Of a stretch of DNA of 64,000 nt, positions 49,008 to 58,586 are shown piece after piece. Origin of the DNA: Candidatus Nomurabacteria bacterium. Lineage in GTDB: Bacteria; Patescibacteriota; Minisyncoccia; Phycocordibacterales; UBA9973. The DNA is taken from contig JAPLXU010000015.1 of the NCBI GenBank assembly GCA_026395915.1, positions 85 to 64,084 of the forward strand. The letters run 5' to 3'. Numbering within the stretch: position 1 is the stretch's first letter; the number at the start of each line of letters is the position of its first letter. Both the position numbers and the translations under genes were made by a program. Under the pieces are notes generated by a model. The model ran no database searches, was not told the origin of the DNA, and saw nothing but the letters and a program-made list of their open reading frames with translations.

Positions 49008-49229
49008 CTACTGAGTTGAGATGGAAATTATATTAAAAACTTCCAAGATTGAATAAAATATAGATATAATAAAGAGAAAGAATCCTATTGCTCCTATAGG
49101 TAATACATAATTAGAGTTCATCAGATTCCGTATTTGTCTAAAAGGATTGAACGCAGACCAAGTAAACGCTGCTACAAAAAAGATAGTCGAGTATATTAAT
49201 TCCTTATTCTTTTTGTTTTTATTTTCCAT
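49008..49229 (-). CDS. small membrane protein
   Basis: two hydrophobic helices. Confidence 0.3.
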   Translation of the reverse strand: MENKNKKNKELIYSTIFFVAAFTWSAFNPFRQIRNLMNSNYVLPIGAIGFFLFIISIFYSILEVFNIISISTQ

Positions 49230-49235
49230 GTTGTT

Positions 49236-49820
49236 TTAGTTAATTTTAATGAGTTTTGTCTCGTCTATTTTTATATTTTCCAGAATTTGTATATCTCTCA
49301 AATTGTAATACATAGCACACTTGCGAGCCTCTTCAATTATGGCGGTGCCTGTTACTGAAGCAAGCTTGAGAGAGCATAATTGCTCTATATAGTTGTCTCT
49401 TGTTTTATTATATGCAGACAGTGCAGATAAAATGTCATATGATTCTAAATCATAAGGTACATTCTGCGCTTTAGCTTTTTCAATTTCTGTTTTAGCTATA
49501 GCAAGTATTTCTTTTGATAAGAGATTATATTGCTGTTTCTGTTTATTTATTTGCTTGTCTAAACAATCGCCGGTAAAAGCGGTGCTTACGAAAGGGCAGA
49601 TACTGTCTAAACTCAAAACATATTGGTCGTATTCGTTTGAAATAGTAGAGGTGTTTATTTCCGGGTTCGATGTAATGGTGCTGTCTATTTTTACGTTTGG
49701 CGCTGTTTTATGCTCATACCATCCAAGATAAAAGAATCCTGCGCAAAGAATGACTAATGTTGAGATATAAATTATTTTTGTTTTCATTAAAATGAATACT
49801 GGCAACCACAGACACCGCAT
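49236..49820 (-). CDS. membrane-anchored hypothetical protein
   Basis: N-terminal TM then soluble domain. Confidence 0.45.
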   Translation of the reverse strand: MRCLWLPVFILMKTKIIYISTLVILCAGFFYLGWYEHKTAPNVKIDSTITSNPEINTSTISNEYDQYVLSLDSICPFVSTAFTGDCLDKQINKQKQQYNLLSKEILAIAKTEIEKAKAQNVPYDLESYDILSALSAYNKTRDNYIEQLCSLKLASVTGTAIIEEARKCAMYYNLRDIQILENIKIDETKLIKIN

Positions 49821-50173
49821 TTACAGACAAACCAGTGGCAATCAAGACATTCTTTGTGAGTAGAGCCACTTAAACTTTCCTTACAGTTATAACAGCGCAC
49901 AACACGATCTGGCTTGGTTGTTTCTTCTTTCAACTGTATATTTACTTCTACCAGCTTATTCAATATTCTTCCTGCTTCACATTTTACTCTTAACTCATTC
50001 AATAAGCTCTTTTTCCATTTCTCATCAAATAATTCCGAGTCAAATAAAAGTTTCGCTTTTTCTATCTCATTTGACATTAATAAGTTGAAAATTTTATCTT
50101 TAAAAATTTTGCGGCAGTGTAAATCGTTATCATAATAAGTCTCTTTTCTACATTTTGAACAAATTTTTCCCAT
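49787..50173 (-). CDS. zinc-ribbon protein
   Basis: CSKCRKE...HC and CYNCKES...CLDCHWFVCKCGVCGC. Confidence 0.45.
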   Translation of the reverse strand: MGKICSKCRKETYYDNDLHCRKIFKDKIFNLLMSNEIEKAKLLFDSELFDEKWKKSLLNELRVKCEAGRILNKLVEVNIQLKEETTKPDRVVRCYNCKESLSGSTHKECLDCHWFVCKCGVCGCQYSF

Positions 50174-50174
50174 G

Positions 50175-51014
50175 TTATTTTTTTGACATCATAATTTGTC
50201 TATTTTGTGAACTTTCCATTGTGTCGTGACATTCCTTGCAAAGGACTATGCCGTTGTCGACATTCCATAGAAGTTTGAATTTTATAGCTTCTTCTGTTGA
50301 GGTGCTATTAATTTGTTTATAGATTTTGTACAACGAGACAATATGGTGGACTTCTGCATATCTATCTGCATGAGATTTATCAAGCTGGCATTTGTTTCCA
50401 CATTTTTGTATTACATCCTGTTTCCATCTTTCATATATTGGCATTTGTTTTATTTTTTTTCTCCAATCAGAATACTTTTGAAATTCTTCTTCGCCCTTTC
50501 TTTTTCTTAATTCAATTTCTCTTTGTTCTTGCTGATATTTATCATCTTCTCGAATTTTTTTCATTAATATTCTTATTTTCTCCCTATAAAGACCTTGCAA
50601 CATTTTTAGTTGCTTAACTTCTTTTGAGAAATTTCTTCTATACCATCTCATTGAATTAATCTCTTTTACCCAGTAACGGGAATTAGTTTTGCAGGTATTA
50701 AGAAAGTTTAAATCATCTGAATATACAATATGTAGATGTCTGCTTATTGATTCAAGAGAATTAGATAAAAAAATTTCATCATGAGCCTTACCCATAAAAG
50801 AAGGATTCTCAAGCTCAATTGCAGCAAGAATTATGTCAGGATCCTTTTTAAATTCTTCTGAAACATATTTAAATACAGAAGGGTCGAGTTTAACAGCGGC
50901 AAGCACGACATTTTTGTTGTTACTATTGCGAATAGTCACAGCAACAGCACATCCCTTTATTATTGACTGCCACTCGCTATTAAATTTTAATTTTTCATTG
51001 TCTGATGGATTCAT
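50175..51014 (-). CDS. DUF4116-repeat protein with C-terminal HNH endonuclease motif
   Basis: repeats VVLAAVKLDPSVFKYVSEEFKKDPDIILAAI; HNH-like CQLDKSHADRYAEVHHIVSL...NGIVLCKECH. Confidence 0.55.
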   Translation of the reverse strand: MNPSDNEKLKFNSEWQSIIKGCAVAVTIRNSNNKNVVLAAVKLDPSVFKYVSEEFKKDPDIILAAIELENPSFMGKAHDEIFLSNSLESISRHLHIVYSDDLNFLNTCKTNSRYWVKEINSMRWYRRNFSKEVKQLKMLQGLYREKIRILMKKIREDDKYQQEQREIELRKRKGEEEFQKYSDWRKKIKQMPIYERWKQDVIQKCGNKCQLDKSHADRYAEVHHIVSLYKIYKQINSTSTEEAIKFKLLWNVDNGIVLCKECHDTMESSQNRQIMMSKK

Positions 51015-51034
51015 AAAATAAAGTTTATTATTTT

Positions 51035-51499
51035 TTACTCACAAAACTCCCACTCAATTTTTCCAGCCTTTATTTTGAAATTAATAAAGACTGCAAAATT
51101 ATATTTATACTCATCCCGTATTTTTTCTAATTTTTCGATATCTTTTTGACGGTCTTTGTTGGTGGCATCCTTTTTTGCTTCAATTACCAATAAATTTGGT
51201 CCTTTATTACCTCTTTTGTGAACAACAATATCTGGATATACTGTTTTGGCTTTAATATCATCCGTCAAGGTTTCACTGCCAATTGTTTTTTTTATTGCAT
51301 ATATTACTTTTGACTCCGAACCAAATTTGTTATATTCGCAGTCTACATCCCACGAACATCCAATTACTGCTTGTAAATGTTCTGCAAATTTATGCGTAAT
51401 GGACCGCTCATTTGCTTCAGCCAAAAGCAAATACAGATCATTCTTTAAAAAGCGAATTTTTGCTTGTTCTAAAATATTTTCAATCTGTTTCCTGTCCAT
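51035..51499 (-). CDS. hypothetical protein
   Basis: 154-aa ORF. Confidence 0.4.
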   Translation of the reverse strand: MDRKQIENILEQAKIRFLKNDLYLLLAEANERSITHKFAEHLQAVIGCSWDVDCEYNKFGSESKVIYAIKKTIGSETLTDDIKAKTVYPDIVVHKRGNKGPNLLVIEAKKDATNKDRQKDIEKLEKIRDEYKYNFAVFINFKIKAGKIEWEFCE

Positions 51500-52030
51500 A
51501 TAAAAAAGCTAGCTGATAATAGCTAGCGCAGGATTCTATGAAACGCACAGAACCGCACGCGCCAGCTAGGTCTTGCGACCCTATATCAGTTTCCCGATAT
51601 AGCCCATGACTGAGTTGTTGAACACGTGCGGTTCAGTATCAGTCATGGGTCTTTTGACCATATCCTAAAATATTTAGGGGTTAGGTCTTCCTATTAAATT
51701 TTTAACACCTCTTTATCATACTCTCTTTTTAAACCTCTGCAAATAACCGGTTCAGTGGTCAAACTGGTTGTCATTTTCTAATTTTTCTGCGAAATTTTTT
51801 GAGGCCCTCAATTCTAAATTGCCATTTTTTTTAAAAAACCGTGGCTACGTTCGTTTCCAACTCAGCGACACACCTCGCTGAACCTAAACTGACAGCCCCG
51901 CTCTCACCATTTTTGAAATACTTAATGACACAGATAAAAACTATGTCAGTGATAAAGATAATTTAATTTATCTTATCTAACTTTTTATAGTCGTAATAGA
52001 GTTATTTATTATTTAATTACTTTTTCTAAT

Positions 52031-52336
52031 ATGCAAACAGAAATCGAAACCTTGCCCAAGACTAATTTTTTGGGCAGTGAGAGGAACTTTTTGAGCGTAA
52101 AACAGCAAATTTCAGATCGTTTCGGTAAAGAAGTTGCAGAGGAATATGACCCGCTAGTAAATTGTCGCACCTACAACGATTGGAAGAGAAATAATTTTCT
52201 CGTTAATTATGGTGCCAAATCTCTTAAGTCGGTTGTTATAGTCGAAAAGAAGGACAAGATAACAGGCAAAGTGATCAAAAAATATCCTAAGACAATTTGC
52301 TTGTTCTTCAAGAATCAAGTTCATAAAGTCGAATAA
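52031..52336 (+). CDS. hypothetical protein
   Basis: ORF. Confidence 0.35.
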   Translation: MQTEIETLPKTNFLGSERNFLSVKQQISDRFGKEVAEEYDPLVNCRTYNDWKRNNFLVNYGAKSLKSVVIVEKKDKITGKVIKKYPKTICLFFKNQVHKVE

Positions 52337-52364
52337 ATATTATCATTAATTAAAACTTATTATT

Positions 52365-53039
52365 ATGATTGCGGATAACTTGGTCCAAATGGACATCAGT
52401 AATGTGAAAAAAGGTGCGGAAACGTTAGCAGAAAAGCGTAAGTTTTTCCTTGAATCTATCCTGCCTACCTTAGTCGAAGGGCAGGATTATTTCATCGCGG
52501 ACAGTGGAAGAAAAGTTTTGAGCAAAGGTGGCGCGGAAAGATTGGCGGAAATTTATTCCATCACCGCTTTGTTTATCGCCGATAAAGAGTCGCTCGCTTT
52601 CTTTAGTAATGCTAGTGATACGGTCGCTTATTGTTGCATTCTAAAAAGAAACGGGTCCATCGTTGGTGAGGGTCGTGGTAGCGCCTCTTTAAAAGATCAC
52701 GATGACTCGGTTAATTCCACGATAAAAGTTGCACAAAAGAGCGCATTTGTTGATGGAATTTTGAGAGTTACAGGAATGTCTTTCTTATTCTCTCAAGATT
52801 TTTTGTCGGAAGATAGCAAAGAAGAACCGGATCTTGAGGGAAGGGATAGTGTCGCTTCATTTAATCACGATGATCTTCCTAAATTAATGACTGAAAAACA
52901 AGAGGCGTTACTTCGCACCTTGGTCGCAGAGAAAATCCATAATTCAGCTTCAAGAGAAGAATACCTAAAACAAATAAATCCCAATTTAAGCCGATTCCAG
53001 TGTTCAGAATTAATTTCTAGTTTATTACCAATGAAATAA
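52365..53039 (+). CDS. hypothetical protein
   Basis: ORF. Confidence 0.4.
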   Translation: MIADNLVQMDISNVKKGAETLAEKRKFFLESILPTLVEGQDYFIADSGRKVLSKGGAERLAEIYSITALFIADKESLAFFSNASDTVAYCCILKRNGSIVGEGRGSASLKDHDDSVNSTIKVAQKSAFVDGILRVTGMSFLFSQDFLSEDSKEEPDLEGRDSVASFNHDDLPKLMTEKQEALLRTLVAEKIHNSASREEYLKQINPNLSRFQCSELISSLLPMK

Positions 53040-53058
53040 TTATTATGAAGATAAGAAA

Positions 53059-53301
53059 ATGATTACAAATACAATGATAGCGAGTGGTTTTGATTCAAGA
53101 AAAAGTCGCGCTTTTCTTAAAAATTACACGATGGAAGAAGAAAAAATGATTTCTAGGGAACAGCGCCGAACACTTACTGAATTAATTATGCGTTCAATAG
53201 AAGACGACAGCGAGAGGGAATATCGACTCGCGGCGCTGGATGATTTAACGGCAAAAGAAGCTACCGCGGAAATATTCGAGTTTGAGATGGCGACGTGGTA
53301 A
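53059..53301 (+). CDS. hypothetical protein
   Basis: ORF. Confidence 0.35.
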   Translation: MITNTMIASGFDSRKSRAFLKNYTMEEEKMISREQRRTLTELIMRSIEDDSEREYRLAALDDLTAKEATAEIFEFEMATW

Positions 53302-53662
53302 TAAAGTAAACAAAAACAGGCGGTCCCATATTTTAGGTCTGCCTTTTTTTGTGAAATACCCTTTATTTTCAAGGTATCCTGCGTTTTTAGCCTAGTGGAT
53401 AATGTTATAGGAGAACAGTGTGGGACTCTGCTAGAATTTTAATAATGATATGCAAATATGAATATAAATTATGGAAAAAGTCAGTTTTTAACAAATAACT
53501 GGCCTCTTGTTTTAGGAACAAATTAATATCCCTTTTGGGTAAAATATTCTTTAAACCTCGTTTTTTGCGTGGTAGGTCTTTTTAAAGAATATTCCTACTG
53601 CGCAGTAAATGGGGTTTTTTCGTTTGTTTTTAATAATATTACTAATTTAATTAAAAAATCTT

Positions 53663-54523
53663 ATGAAAAATCATAGATACAATTTTCCGTATTCAAATGG
53701 AAAGGAATTAGCAGAAAAAATTAACAGCATTTTAGAGGAATACAATGTTCCTCTAACATTAAGACAGGTATATTACCGGCTTGTTGCTCTGGGATTAAAG
53801 AATTCCCAAAATGTATACAAAAATCTTTCAGGCAAACTTTCAAGGCTTCGAGAAGATGGACTAGTCTCGTGGGATAGGATCATTGACTTGAACAGGCAGC
53901 CGAAAAAGGAATCTTCGTGGACAAGTCCACAAGAATTCTTTGAGGCAGATCGCTGGTCGTACAAGCGGGACTTACAGCAGGGGCAGAAAGTTTATCTGGA
54001 AATTTGGTGTGAAAAAGCCATAGCCATTCGCCATATCACTGATAAATATGATGTGCATTTACTTGCTGGTGGCGGTTATAGAAGTAGTTCAGCATTGTAT
54101 GAAGCAGCGGAGCGTTTCAGGGATGTTGGCAAGAAAATTGTAATTTTGTATTTGGGTGACTTTGATCCCAGTGGACTAGATATCGAAAGGGATATTGAAA
54201 CCCGTATGAGAGAAGTCTTTGGACTGGAAGTTGATGTGCAAAGAGTTCTGCTGGTCCAGCAGGACATAACCGATTACGAATTATTGCCAAGCCCGGTAAA
54301 GCCGAAAGATACCAGAACGTCAGCATACATAGAAAGATATGGTTTCAGAGATGTTTACGAATTGGACGCGCTTAAGCCGGATGTTATAGCGGATAGGTTG
54401 GAAAGAGCTATCTGCCGGAATATAGACTTGGATTTATATAGAACGCAGGTGGAAAAATGGGAAGAGGACAAAGTGGAAATAGAAAGATTCCTAGATGCTT
54501 GGGACGAGCGGGAGTCTTATTAA
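53663..54523 (+). CDS. Spo11/Topo VI-A-like 'mini-A' protein: winged-helix (5Y-CAP) with YY catalytic-tyrosine motif + Toprim domain (alternative: stand-alone JetD-C/DUF2220-like)
   Basis: LTLRQVYYRLVALGL (R-x-I/V-Y-Y tyrosine motif), IWCEKAIAIRHI (Toprim glutamate) and ILYLGDFDPSGLDIERDI (DxD Toprim triad), all in 286 aa. Confidence 0.5.
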   Translation: MKNHRYNFPYSNGKELAEKINSILEEYNVPLTLRQVYYRLVALGLKNSQNVYKNLSGKLSRLREDGLVSWDRIIDLNRQPKKESSWTSPQEFFEADRWSYKRDLQQGQKVYLEIWCEKAIAIRHITDKYDVHLLAGGGYRSSSALYEAAERFRDVGKKIVILYLGDFDPSGLDIERDIETRMREVFGLEVDVQRVLLVQQDITDYELLPSPVKPKDTRTSAYIERYGFRDVYELDALKPDVIADRLERAICRNIDLDLYRTQVEKWEEDKVEIERFLDAWDERESY

Positions 54524-54531
54524 AATTATAA

Positions 54532-54795
54532 TTGCGCCGGACACCGGCACAGGAATCAAAATTTATGTCATATAAACATCATGAGTATTGTAATGCAGCC
54601 ATTTGCGCTGGAGATCCGAAACCGGATTATAAAAACGAGCATCCCTGGTATCCGGGAGAGGAAGTGTGTAAGTTAAAACCTTTTCAAAAATTTCAGAAAA
54701 AACAATTGGCGATAAATAAAGAAGTTAAAAAAGGAACATTTCGAAATACCGATACTCCATTCGTAGCGTTTGAGCTAGAGAACAAGAGCATATAA
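54532..54795 (+). CDS. hypothetical protein
   Basis: ORF. Confidence 0.3.
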   Translation: MRRTPAQESKFMSYKHHEYCNAAICAGDPKPDYKNEHPWYPGEEVCKLKPFQKFQKKQLAINKEVKKGTFRNTDTPFVAFELENKSI

Positions 54796-54915
54796 TCGTT
54801 TCTACGAAAAGGGTCGTCAGAAAAGCGTTGTGAAATAAGGGTCCGAAGTTTGTCAGCGGACCCTTAGTTCGCAAAACGAATAATTGCTCATTATCAATAA
54901 AAAATATAAAAAATT

Positions 54916-55173
54916 ATGAAAAAAGAAAATCAAAACTATGTTGATGGATTAGAAAAAGAATCAGAAAAAATTCTTTCGGTTTTTTGTTCTGATTCTATTG
55001 ATGTTCGTGCGAGGGTAACTTTTGATTCCTATGTGTTTGAAGGGATTCAAGTTACATTTTGGCAGGATGACGCGCCGGATCTCGTAGAACGGGTTAATAG
55101 CATGTTCGATATTTTATTTGAGGAAGTTATTAAAACTAGGGAAGTAAGTCGAAATAAATTAGTGAAAAGTTGA
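54916..55173 (+). CDS. hypothetical acidic protein
   Basis: ORF. Confidence 0.35.
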   Translation: MKKENQNYVDGLEKESEKILSVFCSDSIDVRARVTFDSYVFEGIQVTFWQDDAPDLVERVNSMFDILFEEVIKTREVSRNKLVKS

Positions 55174-55198
55174 GTTATTATTAGTATAATATAAAAAT

Positions 55199-56866
55199 AT
55201 GGAAAATATAATATCAAAAGTAATCAAATTTATAGCAGTGTACGCCAGGGTTTCAACCTCAAATCAGGAGGACCAAAAAACGATTGAAGCGCAACTTTCT
55301 GAAGTGCATGCATTTGCTAAAAAGAATGGTTACATTATTGTAAAGGAATATATTGATGAAGGCTGGTCCGGAGATATTCTTGCTCGACCGAATCTTGATC
55401 AGTTGCGTCATGATGCGCGAAATAGGAAATGGGATGCGGTGCTTATTTACGACCCCGACAGGCTTGGTCGCCGACTTTTCTATCAGCAAATTGTCATTGA
55501 TGAATTAAAACAATTGGATATTGATATTCTTTTTGTGACAATGCCACCAATAAAGAATGAAAGTGATGAACTTATGTTCGGTATCCGGGGTTTGTTCGCG
55601 CAATATGAAAAGGCAAAGATTGCCGAGCGTTTCAGAATTGGAAAAGTTAATCGTGTTAAGAATAATCATGTTTTAACAACTGTTGCGCCTTACGGATATA
55701 CTTATATTCTTAATAAGGGTAAACGTGGAAACACTGATTATGTTGCTGGTCATTATGAGATCAACGAGAGGGAGGCTGAAATTGTAAGAAAAATATTTTT
55801 TTGGGTGGCGAATAAAAAATTTACTCTTCGCGCGGTGGTGCGTAAATTGCAGGAGCTTGGAATAAAACCAAGAAAAAGTTTAAAGGGAACTTGGACTACG
55901 GGAAGATTGAGTACACTTCTTCGGCATGAGGCATATATTGGCACAGCTTACTGGGGAGCGTCGTATGCTGTTGTGCCATTGAATCCTACTAACAAAGATG
56001 GATACAAGAAGGTAAAAAAATCTAGTAGAAAAATGAGACCGAAGAAAGAGTGGTTCCCAATAACAGTTCCAGCTATTTTGAAAGACAAAAAAATATTTGA
56101 ACGCGCTGGATTACAATTGAAGAAGAATTTTGAGACACTCGGCAGAAATAAGAAAAATGATTATTTGCTCGTTGGTAGAATTTGGTGCATGTGTGGTGTA
56201 AGAAGGGCGGGGGAAGGTCCTAAACATGGTAAATATTTGTATTATCGTTGCTCTGATCGAGTTAATAGTTTTCCATTTCCATCTGTTTGTAAAGAGGGTG
56301 GAATCAATGCGCGAATTGCCGATGAGGCAGTATGGCAGAGAATTAAAATGATCATGAGTTCACCGGAATTAATGTTTCAACAAATAGAACGATGGCTTGA
56401 GAAACGCAATGATAATAAAAATTTGGATTCAACTATTGATATTGAACATACCCAGAATGAGATAATAAAATTACAAACGCAGGAAGATCGTTACGCGAAA
56501 GCATATTCGCAAGAAATAATTTCACTTGAGAAGTTTGAAGAATATGTCGCTCCATTAAGAGTAAAAATTCTTGAATTTAAAAATCAGATATCTAAAGCAG
56601 ATTTGGAAAAAAATCCTAAAAATGAGATACTATTACCAAGCAAGGATGAAATTGAAACATTTGCCAAAGAAGCCGTTCAATATCTTGAAAATCCGAGTTT
56701 TAAGATGAAACAAAACCTCATTCGGCAAACTGTCAATCACATAACTGCCAGTCGAAAATCATTAGAAACTTATGGTATTCTTAGCTTAAACGAAATCTAT
56801 GTCCTCTTGTTCTCTCAAGATCGGAATTGTAGGGCTCCCAAATGTAGGCAAGTCTACGCTTTTTAA
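55199..56866 (+). CDS. large serine recombinase
   Basis: [14 protein letters not shown] catalytic serine, recombinase domain, and Zn ribbon CMCGVRR...YYRCSDR...CKEGG; the 3' 68 nt overlap the ychF start. Confidence 0.85.
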   Translation: MENIISKVIKFIAVYARVSTSNQEDQKTIEAQLSEVHAFAKKNGYIIVKEYIDEGWSGDILARPNLDQLRHDARNRKWDAVLIYDPDRLGRRLFYQQIVIDELKQLDIDILFVTMPPIKNESDELMFGIRGLFAQYEKAKIAERFRIGKVNRVKNNHVLTTVAPYGYTYILNKGKRGNTDYVAGHYEINEREAEIVRKIFFWVANKKFTLRAVVRKLQELGIKPRKSLKGTWTTGRLSTLLRHEAYIGTAYWGASYAVVPLNPTNKDGYKKVKKSSRKMRPKKEWFPITVPAILKDKKIFERAGLQLKKNFETLGRNKKNDYLLVGRIWCMCGVRRAGEGPKHGKYLYYRCSDRVNSFPFPSVCKEGGINARIADEAVWQRIKMIMSSPELMFQQIERWLEKRNDNKNLDSTIDIEHTQNEIIKLQTQEDRYAKAYSQEIISLEKFEEYVAPLRVKILEFKNQISKADLEKNPKNEILLPSKDEIETFAKEAVQYLENPSFKMKQNLIRQTVNHITASRKSLETYGILSLNEIYVLLFSQDRNCRAPKCRQVYAF

Positions 56867-57626
56867 CGCGCTTACGAAGCAAAGCGTGCCAGCAGAAAAC
56901 TATCCTTTTTGTACTATTGATCCATCGGTGGGCATCGTGCCGGTGCCGGACCTTCGTCTGACTAGGCTTTCGGAAATATCCAAATCAAAAAAAACTATTC
57001 CTGCTGTGGTGGAATTTGTAGACATCGCGGGGCTAGTCAAAGGAGCATCAGAAGGCGCTGGACTTGGCAATAAATTTCTCTCGCACATTCGCGAAGTGGA
57101 CGCCATCATTGAAGTTGTGCGAATTTTTGAAGACAAACAAATGATTCATGTGCATGACAAGATTGATCCGCTTTTTGACATAGAGGTTATAAATTTTGAA
57201 TTAGAAACTGCAGGAATAAAAAAACCGACCTTGTATGTCTTGAACACTTCCGAAGTCGCCGAAAATGTAAAAAAAGATTTTATTTCAAAATTGCCCGGTC
57301 CACATATAGAAGTTGACCCAATTTTTGGTAAAGGTTTGGATGGGCTTATAAAAGCGAGCTATGATCTCTTAAACTTGATTACTTTTTTTACGACAGGAGA
57401 GGACGAATCGAGAGCTTGGACTACGCTTCGCGGGGCGACGGCGCCTTTCGCCGGCCGTTCAATTCACACAGATTTTCAACAAAAATTTATTCGAGCGGAA
57501 GTTGTGGCTTATGAAAAACTTGTAGAGGCGGGTTCGTTCGCGAAAGCGAAAGAAAAAGGCTGGGTCCGCACCGAAGGCAAAGAATACATTGTTCAAGATG
57601 GCGATGTCGTAGAGTTTTTGATATGA
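56799..57626 (+). CDS. ychF: ribosome-binding ATPase YchF, compact form lacking the helical insertion domain
   Basis: [30 protein letters not shown] and C-terminal TGS-like domain [13 protein letters not shown]; 275 aa. Confidence 0.85.
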   Translation: MSSCSLKIGIVGLPNVGKSTLFNALTKQSVPAENYPFCTIDPSVGIVPVPDLRLTRLSEISKSKKTIPAVVEFVDIAGLVKGASEGAGLGNKFLSHIREVDAIIEVVRIFEDKQMIHVHDKIDPLFDIEVINFELETAGIKKPTLYVLNTSEVAENVKKDFISKLPGPHIEVDPIFGKGLDGLIKASYDLLNLITFFTTGEDESRAWTTLRGATAPFAGRSIHTDFQQKFIRAEVVAYEKLVEAGSFAKAKEKGWVRTEGKEYIVQDGDVVEFLI

Positions 57627-57684
57627 AAACTCGTAGATACTGAGTAAGTCGAAAGTATGATAGAATTTCTAATATAAAAATAAT

Positions 57685-58586
57685 ATGAAAAACGAAATTA
57701 AAATTTTTTGTTCGAAAGACTGGTCCTTCGACTCTGCTCAGGATAAAGTTAGTTATGAACTTCTTGATACCGGAGAAGGAGAGAAGCTGGAACGATTTGG
57801 TCCGCATACTTTTGTGCGACCTTGCGAAAATGCTGTGTGGAAAAAAACTTTGCCCGAGAAGGAGTGGAATAAAGCTGACGGAAAGTTTTGGAGTTCAAAA
57901 GTTGGCGCGAAGGCAGGATGGGCATATTCCAAAAATGAGCAAGGGGAGTCCTTGCTCAAATGGGAAATGCAATATAAAGGAATTAGATTTTTTGCTTCGC
58001 CTACACCATTCCGACACTTGGGTTTTTTCCCTGAGCAGGCGAGCCATTGGGATTTTATAGAAAAAAAGATTAAAGAAAATCTAAATCTGCAAGGTCTTGG
58101 CATTTGGACGCTTCAAAACAAATCTTAAATTGGGCAAAAGAAAATCAAAAATTAAATGTCGAGCTTGCTGAGGCGCCGATGCGGGTGATAGAAGATGACG
58201 CTATAAAATTTCTCGAACGCGAAGCGAAAAGAGGGAACAAGTATGACGCAATCATAATGGATCCGCCAAAATTCGGTAGAGGTCCAAAAGGAGAAGTCTG
58301 GAAGATTGAAGAAATGTTGCCGAAGCTTCTCGCTTCTGTGAAAAAAGTTTTAAGTGGCGAACCACTTTTTGTGATTTTGACTTCTTATGCAATTGATTCC
58401 TCTTCGCTCTCGCTTGGTTATGCGTTAGAAGAAATGATGAAACCTGCCCGCAATGCTTCCAGCATAGCTGATGCAGGCGGGGATTTTTCCGGTGCAGTTG
58501 AGGCAGGCGAGTTATGCGTTTTGGAAAAATCCAACAATCGCATTATTCCGCTTGCGAATACTGCTGTTTGGAGTAATATACAGTAA
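57685..58586 (+). pseudogene. RlmI/YccW-like SAM-dependent rRNA methyltransferase disrupted by frameshift and loss of motif I
   Basis: two ORFs in frames 1 and 3 (57685-58128, 58104-58586). The downstream part has LDASKQILNWAKENQKLNV and DPPKFGRG (motif IV). The expected GxGxG SAM-binding block between LNL and LDAS is missing (~15 nt where ~60 would be expected). Confidence 0.45.

Larger units (their letters stand above)
44200..56866. mobile_element. putative integrative island 2 (~12.6 kb): methylation/nuclease module, Zn-ribbon and HNH proteins, mini-A Topo VI-A-like gene, large serine recombinase at the right end overlapping ychF; left boundary uncertain (alternative ~48.4 kb)
   Basis: strand-switching block of hypothetical genes between two conserved housekeeping loci, with the recombinase 3' end inside the ychF start. 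Confidence 0.45.

Noticed and set aside
53316-53352. Intrinsic terminator after the 53059-53301 ORF
   Set aside because: A T-run is present but the preceding stem (AGGC/GCCT plus mismatches) is too weak to call.
58070-58130. Programmed ribosomal frameshift in the methyltransferase-like gene
   Set aside because: There is no slippery heptamer or downstream structure. The conserved SAM-binding motif I is physically absent, so even a frameshifted product would be inactive. Pseudogene is preferred.
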